Assembly (NCBI GenBank): GCA_965218795.1
Contig: OZ244653.1
Coordinates: forward strand, 1,024,001-1,088,000
DNA length: 64,000 bases
Source of the DNA: a bacterium
Lineage (GTDB): Bacteria > UBA8248 > JACPRG01 > G963555815
Direction: 5' to 3'
Under the pieces are notes generated by a model. That model did no database searches. It saw nothing but the letters and a program-made list of their open reading frames with translations, and had not been told where the DNA came from. The stretch's first letter is position 1; each line of letters begins with the position of its first letter. The translations under genes were made by a program, and so were the position numbers. Below are positions 62,902 to 64,000 of the stretch, one piece after another.

Positions 62902-64000
62902 ATGAATCAATCCGGAAGCGCTGACTACATCGTTTACCTCGACACGGGCGGGACGTTTTCAGACGCCGTCGTGGTCGACCCGAAGGGCCGCTTCGTGAGC
63001 GGGAAGTCCGCCACGACCCCGAACGACCTGTCTCAGTGCTTTTTCGGGTGCATCGAGGATGCCGCTCGAAAGCTCGGGATATCCTCGACCGATTTGCTCA
63101 CCCGAACCCGTATTCTGGGTTTTGGAACGACCGCGGGAACCAACGCGCTCATTACCCGCGTGGGCGGTCCGCGTATCGGGCTCATTTGCTCGAAGGGCGT
63201 CGAAGACACCACGCTCATCATGCGGATGGAAGGACGATGGGCGGGCCGTCCCCTTCAGGAGACCCTCCACATCGCGGGCACGGACAAACCGGAGCCCCTG
63301 ATCCCACGAGACTGCATCCACGGGGTCACCGAGCGCGTGGACAGCAAAGGCCGGGTGGTGATTCCCCTGGAGGAGACAGAGGTCCGGCAGTCGGTCGAGG
63401 CGCTCCGGGGTGCCGGAGTGGAAGGCATCGCCGTTTGCTTCCTCTGGTCCTTTCTCAACGACGATCACGAACGTCGGGTTCGGAAGATCATCCGGGAGAT
63501 CGCGCCGGAACTGCCGGTCTCCATCTCGTCCGAAGTGGCTCCCGTCATTCGGGAGTACCCCCGATTCATGTCGACCATCATCGACCTCTACATCGGCAGG
63601 CCGGTGCGGAAGCTCTTCTCCAGCATCGGAGAGCGTCTGGCGGAGAACGGTTACACGAAAGACCTGCTGGTCATGCAGGCCTCGGGCGGGCTCTCGCGAT
63701 CGGACGTGGTCCGTCCCATCACGACGCTTCACTCCGGTCCGGTCGGCGGGCTGCTGGGGGTCGAATATCTCAAGCGGCTGTATGGAGAGGACTTCGCCGT
63801 CGGCACCGACATGGGCGGAACGAGCTTCGACCTGAGCCTGTCCAAGCCCACGGGTTGGGAATACGTCAAGACTCCGGTGGTCGCCCGGTTCACCCTGGCG
63901 AATCCCATGCTGGGGATTGAGGCGATCGGCGCCGGAGGCGGGACGATCGCAGGCATCGACCCGACGACGAAGGGGCTTCGCCTCGGACCCGGAAGCGCCG
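62902..64000 (+). CDS. Hydantoinase/oxoprolinase A-type (acetone/acetophenone carboxylase-like) subunit, 3'-truncated
   Basis: MNQSGSADYIVYLDTGGTFSD, GTT.GTN, HSGPVGG, DMGGTSFD, IGAGGGTIA; absent from the ORF track because it runs off the window. Confidence 0.9.
   Translation, partial: MNQSGSADYIVYLDTGGTFSDAVVVDPKGRFVSGKSATTPNDLSQCFFGCIEDAARKLGISSTDLLTRTRILGFGTTAGTNALITRVGGPRIGLICSKGVEDTTLIMRMEGRWAGRPLQETLHIAGTDKPEPLIPRDCIHGVTERVDSKGRVVIPLEETEVRQSVEALRGAGVEGIAVCFLWSFLNDDHERRVRKIIREIAPELPVSISSEVAPVIREYPRFMSTIIDLYIGRPVRKLFSSIGERLAENGYTKDLLVMQASGGLSRSDVVRPITTLHSGPVGGLLGVEYLKRLYGEDFAVGTDMGGTSFDLSLSKPTGWEYVKTPVVARFTLANPMLGIEAIGAGGGTIAGIDPTTKGLRLGPGSA

Overview
GC-rich (~63%) bacterial chromosomal window, mostly catabolic and accessory genes: a NitT/TauT-type ABC transporter, a Rieske oxygenase, a three-subunit xanthine-dehydrogenase-family molybdoenzyme, amidohydrolases, a PrpF isomerase, PLP enzymes, three tandem D-glutamate-cyclase-like (DUF1445) paralogues, CoA ligases and a hydantoinase/oxoprolinase. 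It also carries lhr, yajD and queF. The most unusual part is an island at ~16.55-27.7 kb that replaces the end of a decayed RND efflux operon. It holds a large Eco57I-like m6A methyltransferase gene, which appears to lack the nuclease ExK motif and is now split by IS630 and two indels. That gene is translationally coupled to a PLD-nuclease/SNF2-helicase fusion, which is followed immediately by ~630 nt of non-coding, heavily base-paired sequence ending in a tRNA-like T-arm plus CCA. Other highlights are a DsbA/FrnE-like selenoprotein missed by the ORF track (in-frame TGA, UPFC motif, SECIS-like hairpin), two apparently identical IS630 copies, an IS5 element, an IS481 shell whose interior is replaced by a REP pair, and a REP family with nested inserts. 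Several genes have single-base indels in short runs that may be assembly errors. All calls come from reading motifs by eye; no database search or folding program was run.
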